A stretch of 64,000 nucleotides of DNA from assembly GCA_964016885.1 (NCBI GenBank), contig OZ024743.1, positions 337,466,001 to 337,530,000 of the forward strand, read 5' to 3'. Below are positions 23,945 through 37,735 of this stretch, piece by piece (the first letter of the stretch is position 1; the number at the start of each line of letters is the position of its first letter). The DNA comes from Eledone cirrhosa. Lineage: Eukaryota. The notes below the pieces were generated by a model. That model ran no database searches. It was not told the DNA's origin and saw nothing but the letters and a program-made list of their open reading frames with translations. The translations under genes were made by a program, and so were the position numbers.

Positions 23945-26900
23945 CAACTAACAGCGCTGCGATCGAATGTGGCCTTTTAGCCCAGCCAATGATCTAAAAT
24001 GTCTTGCACAGAGTCGGCAACCAAAACATTCACTGGGAATAGCCGGCTGTGGTTGGAGTTCATGTACTTTTGCATGTCGCTTGAGCCCTCCTGCTGATTT
24101 ATATTCTCTACCACATGTTTGGCAAGCACAATGAGTAGCATCTCCAACAGCAGCCTGGTAGTCAACCGCTGGTCTTACTTTATGACTTTCGAGATGACTT
24201 TCGAGATGACTTTGGAGTCCAGCTTTGCTTAAGCAGAGTCTCGCACAGACGCTGCATGTCAGCGCCATAGAGGACCCTCGCCGTCTGGAAGTGCAACAGC
24301 AATGCCCTTCCTCACATCCCGCTTTACTTTCTCGTATGCGATTCGATATGCCTCAAAGGCAACTTTTCCCTCATATACAGTCTTTCTCCATTTATTACGA
24401 TCAGCAGCAATATTTTCCCATGTATCAGCAGAGATGATAGCGTCTTTCAAAGGGGCTTTCAAGGAATCCTTATACCTCTTTTTTTGGTTTATGTGGCGGT
24501 CGTTTTCCTTTAACCAACTCTCCATAAAAGAGTTGTTTTGGTATTCTAGAATCCTTCATCCTGGCAAGGTGACCACTCCAACGGAGTCGTTGCTTAAGCA
24601 CAAGAGCTTCTATACTGTCACACATAGAGCTTTCCAAAATCTCGACATCACTGATGTGGTCCCTCCAGTGAACGCCATGGATCCGTCTGAGACACATCTG
24701 ATGGAAACGCTCCAATTGTTTAAGGTGGTATCGATATGTGACCCAGGTCTCGCAGGCATAAAGAAGACAAGAGAGCACACAAGCCTTGTAAACCTTTACC
24801 TTTGTCCTCCTGCATATGTCTCGCCGACCCCAGAGTCGCCTTTCTAGCTTTCCGAAAGCATCACTTGCTTTCCTAATCCTAAGTGAGATTTCACTGTCAA
24901 GGTTGCTGTATCGATTGACAGTGCTTCCCAGGTAGACAAACTGATCAACCACTCCAAGTCGTTTACCATACACATAAATATTTCGTTCAGTGTACTGCTT
25001 ACCAGGGGAAGGTTGGTACATGACGACGGTTTTCTTGAGACTGACAGTCAATCCTAGGGCAGTGCAAGCGTCAGAAAATGCATTCAAAATGTGCTGCATA
25101 TCACTCTCTGTGTGCGCTACAAGATCGAAATCATCTGCATACGAGAGATCTCTTATGATTGATGTAAATACTTTTGTCTTTGCAGCAAAGCGCCTGATAT
25201 TAAATATGGTGCCTGAGGTTCGATATCGGATGTAAACACCATGCTCGCAATTCCTGAATACAATACAGAAAACCATTGCAAAGTATATGGCAAACAGGGT
25301 CGGTGCTGGAATATCCCCCTTTTTGACTCCATTTTTTACTGAGATAGGCTCCGACATGTTACCTCCGACATTAACCCAAGCCTTCAGGTCGTCATGGAAA
25401 GACCTAACTAAAGCAAGGAACTTATCAGGGCAACCAAGTTTCTGGAGAACCTTCCATAATGCATCTCTGTTAACAGTATCGAAAGCTTTTGTCAGATCGA
25501 CAAAAACCTGATACAGATCCAAGCCTTGTTCCATGCACTTCTCCTGGAGTTGTCTAGCTGAGAAGATCATATCAGTAGTGCCGCGTCCAGCACGAAAACC
25601 AGATTGACTTTCAGGAAGAACACAATCTGCAATGTATGTCAGCAGACGGTCCAGAAGCACCCTACATAAAACTTTCCCTACGACAGAAAGCAATGATATA
25701 CCTCTGTAGTTCCCACAATCATTCCTGTTACCCTTTCCCTTGTACAAGAGCATCATTACTGCATCTCTCCAGTCCTCAGGTACGGATTCATTAGCCCATA
25801 TCCTGCCAAACAAAGAGTGAAGATGTTGCAGGAGTCTCTCACGACCATATTGTAGGAGCTCAGCATGTATGCCATCCATACCTGGAGATCTTCCACTGTT
25901 CAGCTTCGAGATAGCCACTGCAACCTCCACAAGCGTCGGAGGTTCTGCGAGAGCTCCTTTCACAGGACTTTCTGGAATGAGATTGAGGAAATCTTCACTG
26001 ACGACAGACGGCTGATTCAAAAGATCATCAAAGTGCTCTCGCCACCTTTGTAGAATTCCTTGTGAGTCACGAAGAAGTTCTTTGCCATCCTTGCTGCGAA
26101 GCGGTGTCACCAGCGAAGAAGACGGTCCATAAACCTCACGCAAGAGCTGTACAACAGCTTTGTGTTATTGGAATCTGACGCAGTTTGTATCTCACCAGCC
26201 TTCTCACTCCACCACTGATTCTTCATCTGAGAAAGACTCCGCCTAACACGTGATTTTACATCCTTGAGTTCCTCATGCAACGTATTCCTCTCCTGTGGTT
26301 TTGCCATCAAGTAGCGTGACAGAGCACGCCTCTTATCAGCCAACAAGTCTTCTATATGTACATCATTCTCATTAAACCAGTCCTGATGTTTTCTCTGCAC
26401 CAATCCCAGAACATGCCTGCCTATATCATAAACCGACTTTTTAAGGGTCGGCCAATCCTCACCAAGTTCTGCAGCCTGCATCTCTTCTTCCAATATCATC
26501 TTCACATTTTTATCCTTAAGACGAGCAGTATTCAATCTTTTGGGCAGGGCAACACCAGGAGCCCGGATTTTACATTTAGTGATTAGTTTCACTTTTGCGC
26601 GTACTAGGCGGTGGTCCGTCCAGCACTCAGCTCCACGAAGAGCACGAACACACTGCACATCATGTCTGTCACGCATCCTGACTAGGACGTAGTCCAAAAG
26701 ATGCCATTCCTTAGATGCAGGATGCATCCATGTGGTCTTGAATTTGTTCTTTTGTTGGAACATGGTGTTGGTAACACACAGATCCAGCTCCTCACACATC
26801 TGCAGCAGGAGCATACCATTGTTGTTACACTCTCCCACCCCATGCCTTCCGATTACATTGCATGTGTTAAAATCCCTACCCACTCTAGCATTAAAGTCAC

Positions 26901-27480
26901 CAAGCACGATGACTTTGTCTGCTTGAGGGATATTTCTTAAAACATCTTTCAAGGCATGGTAAAAGGACACTTTTTCTTCATCGACAGAATTCATAGTTGG
27001 AGCATACACACTCACCAGGGTCGCATATCTTCCTTTGTCCAGCGGAATTCTCATGGACATAAGACGCTCACTAATCCCTACTGGGAATTCTTCTAATTTA
27101 TTCACAAGAATAGTCTTAACAGCAAATCCTACCCCAGCCTCTCTTCTGGTTCCTTCATCTCTTCCTTTCCAGAAGAATGTATATTCTCCACAAAATTCTG
27201 TAAGATGACCATCTCCAGCTAACCTCGTCTCAGATAAAGCCACGATATCAAGATCGTAACGTCGTAGCTCCTTTGCAACAAGAGCGGTCCTTCGTTCAGG
27301 ACGCTCCAAGGAATCCCTGTCAAGCAGCGTCCGTACGTTCCAGTAGCCAAGACTAAATGCCTTGTTTGGCTCTATTACAATGGCACGATGACGAGCGGGC
27401 CCAGGCTGTGATAACCTGGGGCCCCTGCCCTTATTGCCAATTATCTTTTTTGTTCCAGAACCTAAATTGCCAATTATCTT
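23945..27480 (-). mobile_element. Near full-length RTE (BovB-like) LINE with three C-terminal C2H2-like fingers
   Basis: WNVRTLL..PERRTALVAKELRRY, LSETR, GDFNARVG, WHLLDY, TDHR; YRGISLLS, FVDLTKAFD, YADD, YLGS; fingers at 23948-24268. Confidence 0.93.
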
Positions 27481-27944
27481 TTTATATTGTTCTGCAACAT
27501 CATTGAATTGAAAAAAAAAAAAAAAAAAAAAGTAATTATAATAATAACAACAATAATAATAATAATAATTGTTTCTAATTTAGGCACAAGGCCAGCAATT
27601 ACCCAGTGCATTACTGGTACTTTATTTTATCGACCCCGTAAGGATGAAAGGCAAAGTCAACAATAATGATTTCATTTATTAGCCACAAGGGCCGACATGT
27701 AGGGGACAATACAAAGACAGGGACAGTGGGGGTTTACAATAAGGTCGAGTAAAAGTGCACAATGGCAAGACTATTTAACAATGAAAATATAAAAATATAA
27801 AATAAACTATGCATAAATATAACAAAATAAATTCCCCGATAGGGGGTGGACGACCCTGGGGTGCTTCAGGTATCCCACCAATTCTGAACCACCCTGCGCT
27901 TCTAGGGCACCCAGGAGAGCACCCCTCTCCTCAAGTTACCCAGC

Positions 27945-30900
27945 CTATAGGCGCATGGTCAGAGTAGGCCCATTCACACGAGTCATTCTCGCCACATTCA
28001 CCCACCTTTTAGCAAATGTACTGGGGGGCAGCACTTCTCTCTCCACCCTCACCCTCCTTTCCAGGTGAAACTTGAAGAAGTTGAAGAGGGATTGTCCGAA
28101 GAGAAAAGTGTCTGTCTTTAGTCCTTGCAACCTGGTCCACCATATAATCTCTTTCGCAACTGCCACCAGACAGAGGAAAATTTCCTGCTCTTCCTGACCT
28201 AAGGAAGGTGGCGGCTCGATCTTCACTATGGACTCGGCCGATAGCCGGATTCGTTCCACACGCGACAGTAGCTGTTCGACATAACTCGACAAGTCAGTAA
28301 TGCACGGACATTGGACAAGTGTGTGCAGAACGGTTTCGTCGTTCTGTGCGCATCTTGGGCAGGTCCGTCTGACAGCACTTCCGTGCCTGTAGAGTTTATC
28401 CCGAACCGGCAGTGCCCCCCGGTAGCACTGCCAAGCGAGGGATTTCTGGAAATTGTCCATCGTCCCCGGCTCAAAAGTTCTCCGGTACAGACTGGTCAGT
28501 TCGACTTCGTCGAGGCCCAAAGCTTCTCCGAGTGCGTCATCGCACTTGCCCACCACTAATCCTCTATAGAACTCGAGAGTGGAAGTTCCACTGATCGCAT
28601 TGCCCGCTTGGTAGAGGGCAGTGAGTGCCTGGCAACATTCCAGGTGCCAGTCACCCAGTCTCGGTCTCTTCTTGACCAAGGATTGCAGCTCAGTCAAAGA
28701 AATGAGCTGCGGAAAGACCTGTCTGATAAACGGCGACCACACCTGTTCACCGTTGAGGCAGAATATCTGGAGACGTCGCAGCCTCAACGCATGTCTGCGC
28801 ATCATTAGCCACGGCATGCCCAGCCCTCCGCGTAGAGGGTGCTGGCAGCAGATGGACCGCCTCACCAACGGAACTTGTCCCCTCCACAAGAATTTGAAGA
28901 GGAGCCGTTCCAACTTGACGAGGCGCGGACGGGGTCAAGGCACGACGGTTAGACGGTAGTAGATGACGGACGCGATGTACGCATTCGCCACCTCCGCGCG
29001 ACCTTTCAGTGATAGCTTCCTCCCAGCCCATTTTTGGGTGAGACTGGCTACTCTGCTCGTTACCTCGTCCCAATTCTTTTCCACCTGGAGGTCTGGTCCG
29101 AACCAAACCCAAGCAACTTTACCGGTCCGTCCGTCCAGCGCCCCACGACGCTGTTGGACGGCATGGGCTTGCCTCTCCAGGTTCCGAGCTGCAAGCCCAC
29201 CGACTTTTCCGGGTTAAGTTTGGCTCCTGTCAACCTTTCATATTCCTTCAATAAGGTGCCGACCACCTCGATGTCTGAGGTGTTCGACACCATCATCGTG
29301 ATGTCGTCCGCATAAGCCGACACCACCTTTCCACGTCCCGGTTCGAGCGGGATGCCCTGCAACAGCTCCAGCTTCCGCAGTAAAGGCTAGAGAGTCAATA
29401 CGTACAGAAGGGAAGAGAGAGGGCACCCTTGACGGACCAATCGGGAGAGCCGAAATGGTTCCGAGAGGTGGTCATTAACCTTGACCACCGAGCGTGTGCC
29501 GCTGTGCATTGCAACGATCCAGCTTCTAAAGACAGGGCCGAAGCCAGCTGCTTTGAGGACAAACTCCAGATACCGATGGTCGACCATATCGAATTCTTTC
29601 GATTGATCTAAATTGATCAGTGCCCCACCGAAGCCAGGTTTACACCCTACCCTCTCTATGATGTATCGCATGAGGTGGAGATTGTCGTGTATGGACCTGG
29701 CTGGGATTGCGCAAGTTTGCGCCTCCCCAACCAAATCCCCGACGACAAGCGCCAATCTCTTTGCTAACACCTTGGCCAAAATCTTAAACTCTGTGTTGAG
29801 CAGAGTTATGGGCCTGAAGTTGTCTAATGTATCCCTCTTATTCTCGTCTTTCTTTATCAGCGTCACCACTCCCCTGCTCACAGAACTGGGAATACTCCTA
29901 TTCTGCTGCCAGTTGCAGTAGAGTGCTTCGAGGAGTTCGGAGAACAAGTCTGGCATATTTACGTAAAGCTCGTAGGGCAGGCCATCCAAACCGGGTGACT
30001 TGCGCCTCATGCAGACGACAAGGGCGTCCTGAATTTCGGCTGAAGTAATCGGCCTTTCGCAGCGCTCAGCGTCGACCGTCGAGATGCGCGGAAAGTCGTG
30101 AAGGTAGGGACTGAAATCCGCTACTCTCTCTGACTCGCCACTCTGCCTGAACAACCGAGCAAAGTGCTGGCGAAAGGCCTCACACATCCGCTTGGAATCG
30201 CTTATCTCGTGTCCGTCTCAGTCCGCCAAAGACCGAATTGTGGTTTTATTACCACGCTGGGCCTCCACCACGCGGGCCCATCGAACAGCTTCAGTTCCCT
30301 CGTTTCTCAGCGCACGCGCCTTAGCTCTGACAATGCAACCTTCGTGTTTGGCATTGAAGAAATGGTCTAATGCCATTCTCGCCGCTAGCACGTCAGTTGC
30401 GATGCCACTACAAATAGCCTCGTCTAACTTATCTACCAGCTCCCCCTTCTTTCTATTTTTCTCTAACGCTAGTTCTTTGCTGAACTCTATCGAAGTTACT
30501 CTAATCTCTCTTTTGAGAGCCCCCCACCATCTGTTGTTGATGATCCCCCCTGTCAACTTTTGCTTAACTAAATTGTTGACTCGGTCCCTGTAAGCCTTAC
30601 GTGCCGGAAATGACATGTTCAGCTTCCAGTAACCCGGTCCTAACCTACGCGTTTTACTTAGGTCGACCGTACAGATCACAAATTTGTGATCTGAATAGGC
30701 GACCGTTTTAAAAAGTGGACAGCCCACACTATTTCTATCTATTTTCCTAATGAAGATCCTGTCTATATACGATCTAGATGACCCCATTCGGTTGGTCCAT
30801 GTCCATACTGGCACATTGGGGAAATCTAGTCGATACCTGTCAGACAGTTGGAACTGGCGGAGTAGGTGATTGAGGCTTTTGCACCCCCCGCTCCTATCGG

Positions 30901-31366
30901 CTTCTCCCACACAATCCCAGCGTGGGTCTAAGATGCCATTCCAGTCCCCCGCTAACAGTAAAGGGCGAGACGTACCCATAAAGGTCTCCAGGCGCCTAAA
31001 GAAGTCAGGTCGTCCGGCCCCTGTAGGGGCGTAGACGGCCAGCAGTCTAAAGGCACCACCTTCGCTACTGCTCACATCCAAGACCACCAACTTACCGTCC
31101 GGGACCCGGAAGATCGACCTTACCTCGAGATCCAGTCCTTTCCTAAACAGCACTGCCACCCCACCCCCCATTCCCGGCCTGCTAACAGATGCGAAGATCT
31201 GATAGTCGTCGAAAATGGCGGCTAGTGCGCGCGTGTCGGAAATTCTGGTCTCGCTTACGGCAATCACATCCATTTCCAGCGACCGGAGGTCGTTGAGCAG
31301 GCGACCCTGCTTCCAGGGTGACCCCAGGCCGCGAACATTTAAACTTCTTACTCTTAATATGGCCAT
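27945..31366 (-). pseudogene. Tx1-like ORF2: APE endonuclease, RT, C-terminal CCHC
   Basis: SLNVRGL, VYAP, GDWN, YSDH, SPGLDGLP, FRPITLLN, VRQGCPLS, AYADD, CPRC..ETVLH..C; several frameshifts. Confidence 0.92.
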
Positions 31367-31494
31367 ATTGGTAAGCTAAGAGAGAGAGAGGGAAGGTTTA
31401 CTTACCTCCCGGGTCTTGTGAAGGTCGGGTGGTTCGACCTCCATGGTTGGTGGGGTTTCTTTTGAGAACCCCTTTAAAAGTCTTTATGTGGGTT

Positions 31495-33332
31495 TCACAT
31501 TCGGGTTCCCACGTCTTGAGGAAAGCTCTCTCGAATTTCTTTGAAGGAATTGAGTGACATTCGGACCAGAAGCAAATCTTCTGGCACGCAAAATGTGCTC
31601 ATTTCAAAAATCTCCCCCTCTGTTTGAATGTCCTCGCTTCGCGCTAAGAGGGCCATCAATTTATCGTTGGCCCTTCTGACAAGCACGAAGTTTTTAACAT
31701 TTTGTTGGTGTGGTTTTATTTGTTTTCGTTTTGGTGAAGGTGGTGGCGATGGTTTTGGTGGTGTTGTTTCGGGTATGTCTATGTTTGTTGTAGGTGTGAT
31801 GTCTGCAATTTCAGGTATTTGTGTGTTTATTTGTACTTGTGTTTGTTTAGGTTGTTTGCGTTTCGGGGATTGTGGAGGTGGTGTCGATGTAGCTGTTGGT
31901 GATGATGTTATTGGGGAAATCTTTGCGTTAGTAGTGTCTGTATCTTTTGTTGTGTGTGTTTTTGTGTTTTGTTGGGGCTTTTTTTTTGTGAGTTTTCTCT
32001 GTTTTTTTGCACTTTTGGGTTTTCCTTCATCTTCGCTGCTGGAAGACAAAGGGGCTGTGTCTGTGAGTGTTTCTGTGTCTGTGTGTGCGTTTATTGTTTT
32101 GTCTATGTGTATAAATGGGGGGGGGGAGAGCTTTCCTCGTTTTCTCCTTGGATTGGTTTTGGTGTTGGTGGTGATCCGGCTGCTTTTGACGTTGGTGTCC
32201 GTGTTTTTGTTGATGTTGTTTTTGGTGGTGGTGGTGGTGCAGCTTTCCGTGCTGACACTGGCGTTGGCAACAAAGGAGGTTTGCGACCCCTTGCATTTTT
32301 GCGCTGAGGGCAGAACGTTTGAAGATGCGTTGCTTCCCCGCAGACGAAGCAGCGTGGCCTTCTTCCATCAATCATTAGTTGGATTGTTGTCCCATCCTGC
32401 AGGCGGGCAAAATCCGGGATGTTATTCATATCCTCCGGTTTCATTTGGAGAAGAATCTCCAAATCCATTCCGGACCAGTCCTCTCTCTCTGTCCTTTTGA
32501 TGTCTAGGAGGGCAGTGTCTGTCCCCTCCTCGATTACGCATCCCAGGAGCCACCATATGTTCATTCCTGGTGGGATGCTGGGAATGCGTACCTTCACTGT
32601 CCTTTTACCCATATAGGACGGATGCATGATAATGCGTTCCGTTCTGCAGGGGGTCACCGAGTGCTTAATAGCGAGGGCCTCGGTTTTGAACAGTACCGAG
32701 ATGGTACCGAACTGTTTGCCTCTTGCTTTGTACTCTATGTTACTTCCGATGTACTCCAAAGCAGCCTCTACCTCTGCTTGGCTCGCAAGTTCCACTTTTC
32801 GTGTCTGCACCGAAATACATCGAAAGAGCACCGTCCTCTTTTGCATGGCCGCTATTGCCTCGTCCGGGATGGTCAGGTTTTCCCAGGACTTCTCCCGTTT
32901 AATTAGCCTCCACGCTTTGGCCAACTGTTCGTCTTTATCGCTAATATCAATATTAATATTCAATAAGCGCTTTGTTTTTGCTGCTGCTGCTGCAAATGTG
33001 GTGTTTCTGATGCTCTTATTGTTGTTGTTGTCATTCTTGCTGTTGCCACCACCATCCTTGTTTACATTGAAGCTGTCGGTGTTATTGTCGTTATTGCTCT
33101 GAGTTGTTGTTGTGGTGGTGGTGGTGGTGGAGGTGGTGGTGATGTCGTTTTCAGATGATACTGCTGCTATGGCAGTAGGTTGTGATGGTAGCTTTTGAGT
33201 TTTGCCTTCACATTCAGTAGAGTGGATGACAGGCATGACTGTAGCCGTCGTAGTCGTGAAGAAATCTGCAGTGGCTGCCTTTAAACTTTTGACCTGAACG
33301 TTGTTTACCGTTTCAAGGTCGAAAATTTCCAT
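31495..33332 (-). pseudogene. Tx1-like ORF1 with CCHC zinc knuckle
   Basis: CFVCGEATHLQTFC; one frameshift at the G homopolymer ~32117-32127. Confidence 0.8.
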
Positions 33333-33699
33333 AATTTTCTTTTGGTGGGGAAGCGATTTTTTTCGAAGTTTTTAAAAATAAATCTGAATATTCGGGCTTG
33401 AAGCCCGAATATTGAGAGGTATTCCTCTCTTTAAATCAAGATGTGTACCTTAAGTTTCGTTAACGAGAAGAAAATACAAAAAAAATGACACTTTAAAACA
33501 GCTTAAAATTACGAACCTTTTTTCCCCGCAGACTTGTCTGTCTTCACACATGTGCGGCCATAATAATAATAATAATTGTTTCTACTTTTGGCACAAGGCC
33601 AGCAATTGCTCAGTGTATTACTGGTACTTTATTTTATCGACCCCGTAAGGATGAAAGGCAAAGTTAACAATAATAATAATAATAATACACTATTAATAA

Positions 33700-34149
33700 T
33701 TATTAATGCACTCGTGCAATGCCTGTGCGTGACGAATATTTTTAAAGTGAGAAAAGACTGTGCACTGAGCCAATCCCACTCTCTGAGCGACATAGCTATA
33801 ACCCGAAAAGAAGAAAAGATCAACATCATCGGTAACTACAGAGCCGCAGGTTTTATGTCGGAGTTAACCCAGTTTCCTGAGATGCCTTCTCCTAGAAGAA
33901 TGCCCTAACAAGGGCTAGGGGTTGTTCACTCCCAGTGGTTTAACTGCGCGATCGGGCATCCAGCCCGATTATTTCTATGTCCCCGCGCGCGCGCAAAAAA
34001 AAAAATGTCGTACGTATAAGTGTCAATACATATATATATATATATATATACACACATACATATATATACATATATACATACATATACACATACACATATA
34101 CATACATACACACATATACACACATATATATACATATATATACATACAC

Positions 34150-34226
<77 letters not shown>

Positions 34227-34235
34227 CACATATAC

Positions 34236-34272
<37 letters not shown>

Positions 34273-34440
34273 TATATACATACATATATACATACACATA
34301 CATATACACATATATATACATATATATATACATACATAATATATACACACATATGTATATATATATATACATATACATACATATACACATATATATATAT
34401 ACATATACACACACATATATATATACATATACATACACAT

Positions 34441-34504
<64 letters not shown>

Positions 34505-34880
34505 GGTGGCTGCCAACTCGTTTTCGAGTACAGCCACTACTTTATATCCATGTAGGAGAACCCCTACCGATGCGTTGAACGAGTGTGACTTTTTAGTCCA
34601 GCCAGCGACTTTAAAACTCTGGTACAAACACTACACTTGTGACAATTATTGACAGATAGTGCTGGGCCCATGGTACCATGTGACGACAAGTGAAGAGAGA
34701 TCTCTAGATATAAAGCAATGCCTGTGCCGTGAAACTTTTATCGTGAGCAAAGGCACTGCACAAAGCCAGTCCCACTCTCTTAACCAAGATGATATTTATC
34801 AAAAAGAAGAACAAGTCAACATCATTGGATACCATCAGGGTTGCAGGTGTTATATCAGAGTTTTCCTTCTCCTAGAATAT
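33700..34880 (+). repeat. Two diverged copies (~33715-33900, ~34715-34880) of an unclassified repeat flanking a (TA/CA)n block
   Basis: Shared gcaatgcctgtgc..tcccactctct..aaaagaagaa..tcaacatcat..ttctcctagaa. Confidence 0.55.
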
Positions 34881-34937
34881 GCTGATTTAAAACTGCAATA
34901 TTTACAAGTGTGTTTTAACCTTCATATCATGTCCCCC

Positions 34938-35008
34938 TATTTTATCTGACGAAAACGCAAATGTTATTGCCTGATGATATTTGTTTTTGAAATGCGCATA
35001 ATAAAATA
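34938..35008 (+). ncRNA. Type I hammerhead
   Basis: tattttat CTGACGA aaacgcaaatgttatt gcct gatgatatttgttttt GAAA tgcgca TA ataaaata. A homologue lies at 63135 (-). Confidence 0.8.
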
Positions 35009-35036
35009 CATGGAATGCTTTTAACCATCTTTTGAT

Positions 35037-35070
<34 letters not shown>

Positions 35071-35793
35071 TATATATACAATATCGGAGAAGCTTTATAG
35101 CGATACTCCGGCCAAATTCCAACTCACTCAACAAACATTAGGAAATAAGTCATTATATTCCTAATTAAGCGTTCGGGGTGCTAACTAAAAGTATTGCGTT
35201 GAAAATTGGCTGTATTATTTCATATGAGACATATCGAATATATCTCTTCCCAGACGGACGTCTCGTTTCATTATAGGATTCCTACAATTTGGGTGAAATT
35301 ATACCAATTTATGTAGGAGCTTGTATACCATCAATAGATATATATTCAAGTGGGCTCCTATAATTCATCAGTGGGTGCCCCAATAATACTAATATTGATA
35401 GTCTAATCAACATCAGCATTTAGCGATAATCATCATCAGTGCCAGAGGTATCTGTCAGGTTGCCAGTCCAGCAGTTCTAAAGAAATGCTCAAACTGATTC
35501 AAATATGAGGAAGTAAATTACCGCCAAAAAAAAAAAACAATACATGCGCATGACAATGAACTCTAAAAGTAATTCAGGCCACATGCTAGAACCCAATTGG
35601 AAATTGAAAAAATATCTGTGTGTACAACGTTTGATGACACACAGATATTTTCTCGGGCAAAATAACAGAATGAGATATAAGGAACAATCAATATTCATAT
35701 ATAAAAAAATAAACAAAGAAAGGCTAACCTTATACCGGGAATTTCAAATCTGTTGGACCAAGAGTAAATAAATACATAGAATATCGGAGGAAG

Positions 35794-35990
<197 letters not shown>

Positions 35991-36159
35991 TAATATGTTG
36001 AGAAGGTAACACACCAGAGAGAGATATATAGTGCGTTATCAATAATACAGGGAAAAAAACCACCAGTGTATGGAATCTATAACCTATGAAAGGCAGACTA
36101 TAGACACGATAATTAAAAATATAAATTAAAGCGTAAATAAATACCTTTATAACTATATA

Positions 36160-36240
36160 ACACACGTACAAATCCAAAGATATGTTTCACCAAAAAATTT
36201 GTTGAAAGAAATGGTCTAGTCTCGGTTCATCAGCGTGTGT
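36160..36240 (-). ncRNA. Type I hammerhead
   Basis: acacacg CTGATGA acc...ggt GAAA catatc tttg gatttg TA cgtgtgt. Confidence 0.8.
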
Positions 36241-36701
36241 AAGGCCATACATTTCAGACAACACTAAGAGAATTTTACAATTGACTGTCCAGCTACACGT
36301 GGGAGAAAGAAGTCACAGCGTGTTTAAGGGCAGTGAACCAGTGGCCTCTGAGAGACGAACTGCTAGAAAGGGCAGCCCAAAGCCACTCAGAGAAGTGTGC
36401 TCAACCAAACAGAGATAGGAAAGACTGTTATTAGGAGCGAAATATCACGATAAATTAACGGAGCCATAGGCCGTCGTTATTCCCTGTAAATAATGTGCTC
36501 AAAGGAGAAGAGATCCTGAGCCCTTTAAAATATAATATGTTGAGAAGGTAACACACCAGAGAGAGATATATAGTGCGTTATCAATAATACAGGGAAAAAA
36601 ACCACCAGTGTATGGAATCTATAACCTATGAAAGGCAGACTATAGACACGATAATTAAAAATATAAATTAAAGCGTAAATAAATACCTTTATAACTATAT
36701 A

Positions 36702-36782
36702 ACACACGTACAAATCCAAAGATATGTTTCACCAAAAAATTTGTTGAAAGAAATGGTCTAGTCTCGGTTCATCAGCGTATGT
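36702..36782 (-). ncRNA. Type I hammerhead (second copy)
   Basis: Same motif; the single stem I change gives a G-U pair. Confidence 0.8.
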
Positions 36783-37171
36783 AAGGCCATACATTTCAGA
36801 CAACACTAAGAGAATTTTACAATTGACTGTCCAGCTACACGTGGGAGAGAGAAGTCACAGCGTGTTTAAGGGCAGTGAAAATATACATATATATATATAC
36901 ACAAATACACACATATATATACTAGACATGAAAAATGCGCAAGCTCAAAAGTGCCACAGAATGTTATAATAAACCTTCAAAAGTGTGGGACTAGAGTTGT
37001 TGCTAAAAAATATTGTAATCATTATATATCGTACATTCTGTGGCATCCTTTATAAAAATAGCTTAAACCAACGAAGCCTTTATTTTTACGCTATTTCACT
37101 TAGTTAATTCTTAGAGTGTAACATATAAAAATATGATTTACAACTATAAAATAAATTAATTAATATAATAA

Positions 37172-37259
37172 CAGAGCTGCGGAGCTGAAATTTAGGAAAT
37201 AATGGAGTATCGGATCCTGAGTTGGAGCCAGTCAATTTTTGGCCGACTCCGCAGCCCTG
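37172..37259. mobile_element. hAT-like MITE
   Basis: TIRs cagagctgcggag / ctccgcagccctg; flanks tataataa / tataatac resemble an 8-bp TSD. Confidence 0.55.
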
Positions 37260-37615
37260 TATAATACATTTCATATTAAAGTTATTAATAAACCTATTTT
37301 ACACTGCATGCAAATTACCATGAGATATTGATATTAGATATAAGATACAGCGCAATATCTACAGCTGTAAAAGTACGAAAGCGAAGTAATAATAAGTGGC
37401 TTAAGGTAATTCCAATATGAAAGTTTGTAGTGATAAAAATTTGATAATGCAATACGATTGTTAATATTATAGTTCTATGAAAATGTAACAATAGATAACT
37501 AAATTATTTTACTATTAGTATATTTAAGAAATTATCATTATAGATTTGATCGTTCATATAAGCATCATATTAATTTTCAACACAATTATTTTGTTACTAT
37601 GAGTAAATGATAATA

Positions 37616-37735
37616 ATTGTTTCTACGTTAGGCACAAGGCCAGCAATTACCCCAGTGCATTACTGGTACTTTATTTTATCGACCCCGTAAGGATGAAAGG
37701 CAAAGTTTACCTCAGCGGTATTTGAACTCAGAATG
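37616..37735 (-). mobile_element. tRNA-derived SINE copy
   Basis: Reverse complement of the 5000-5102 motif, including the B-box. Confidence 0.75.

Larger units (their letters stand above)
27661..33558 (-). mobile_element. Near full-length Tx1/L1-clade LINE
   Basis: ORF1 + ORF2, AATAAA near the 3' end, flanked by (AAT)n tracts. Confidence 0.92.

Noticed and set aside
32117-32127. Programmed frameshift in Tx1 ORF1
   Set aside because: Lies in a G homopolymer; slippage or sequencing error is more likely.
31628-32500. 290-aa plus-strand ORF
   Set aside because: Antisense shadow of the low-complexity Tx1 ORF1.
34970-34992. Inner CTGATGA as the HHR core
   Set aside because: It lies inside stem II; the upstream CTGACGA gives the proper 8-bp stem I.
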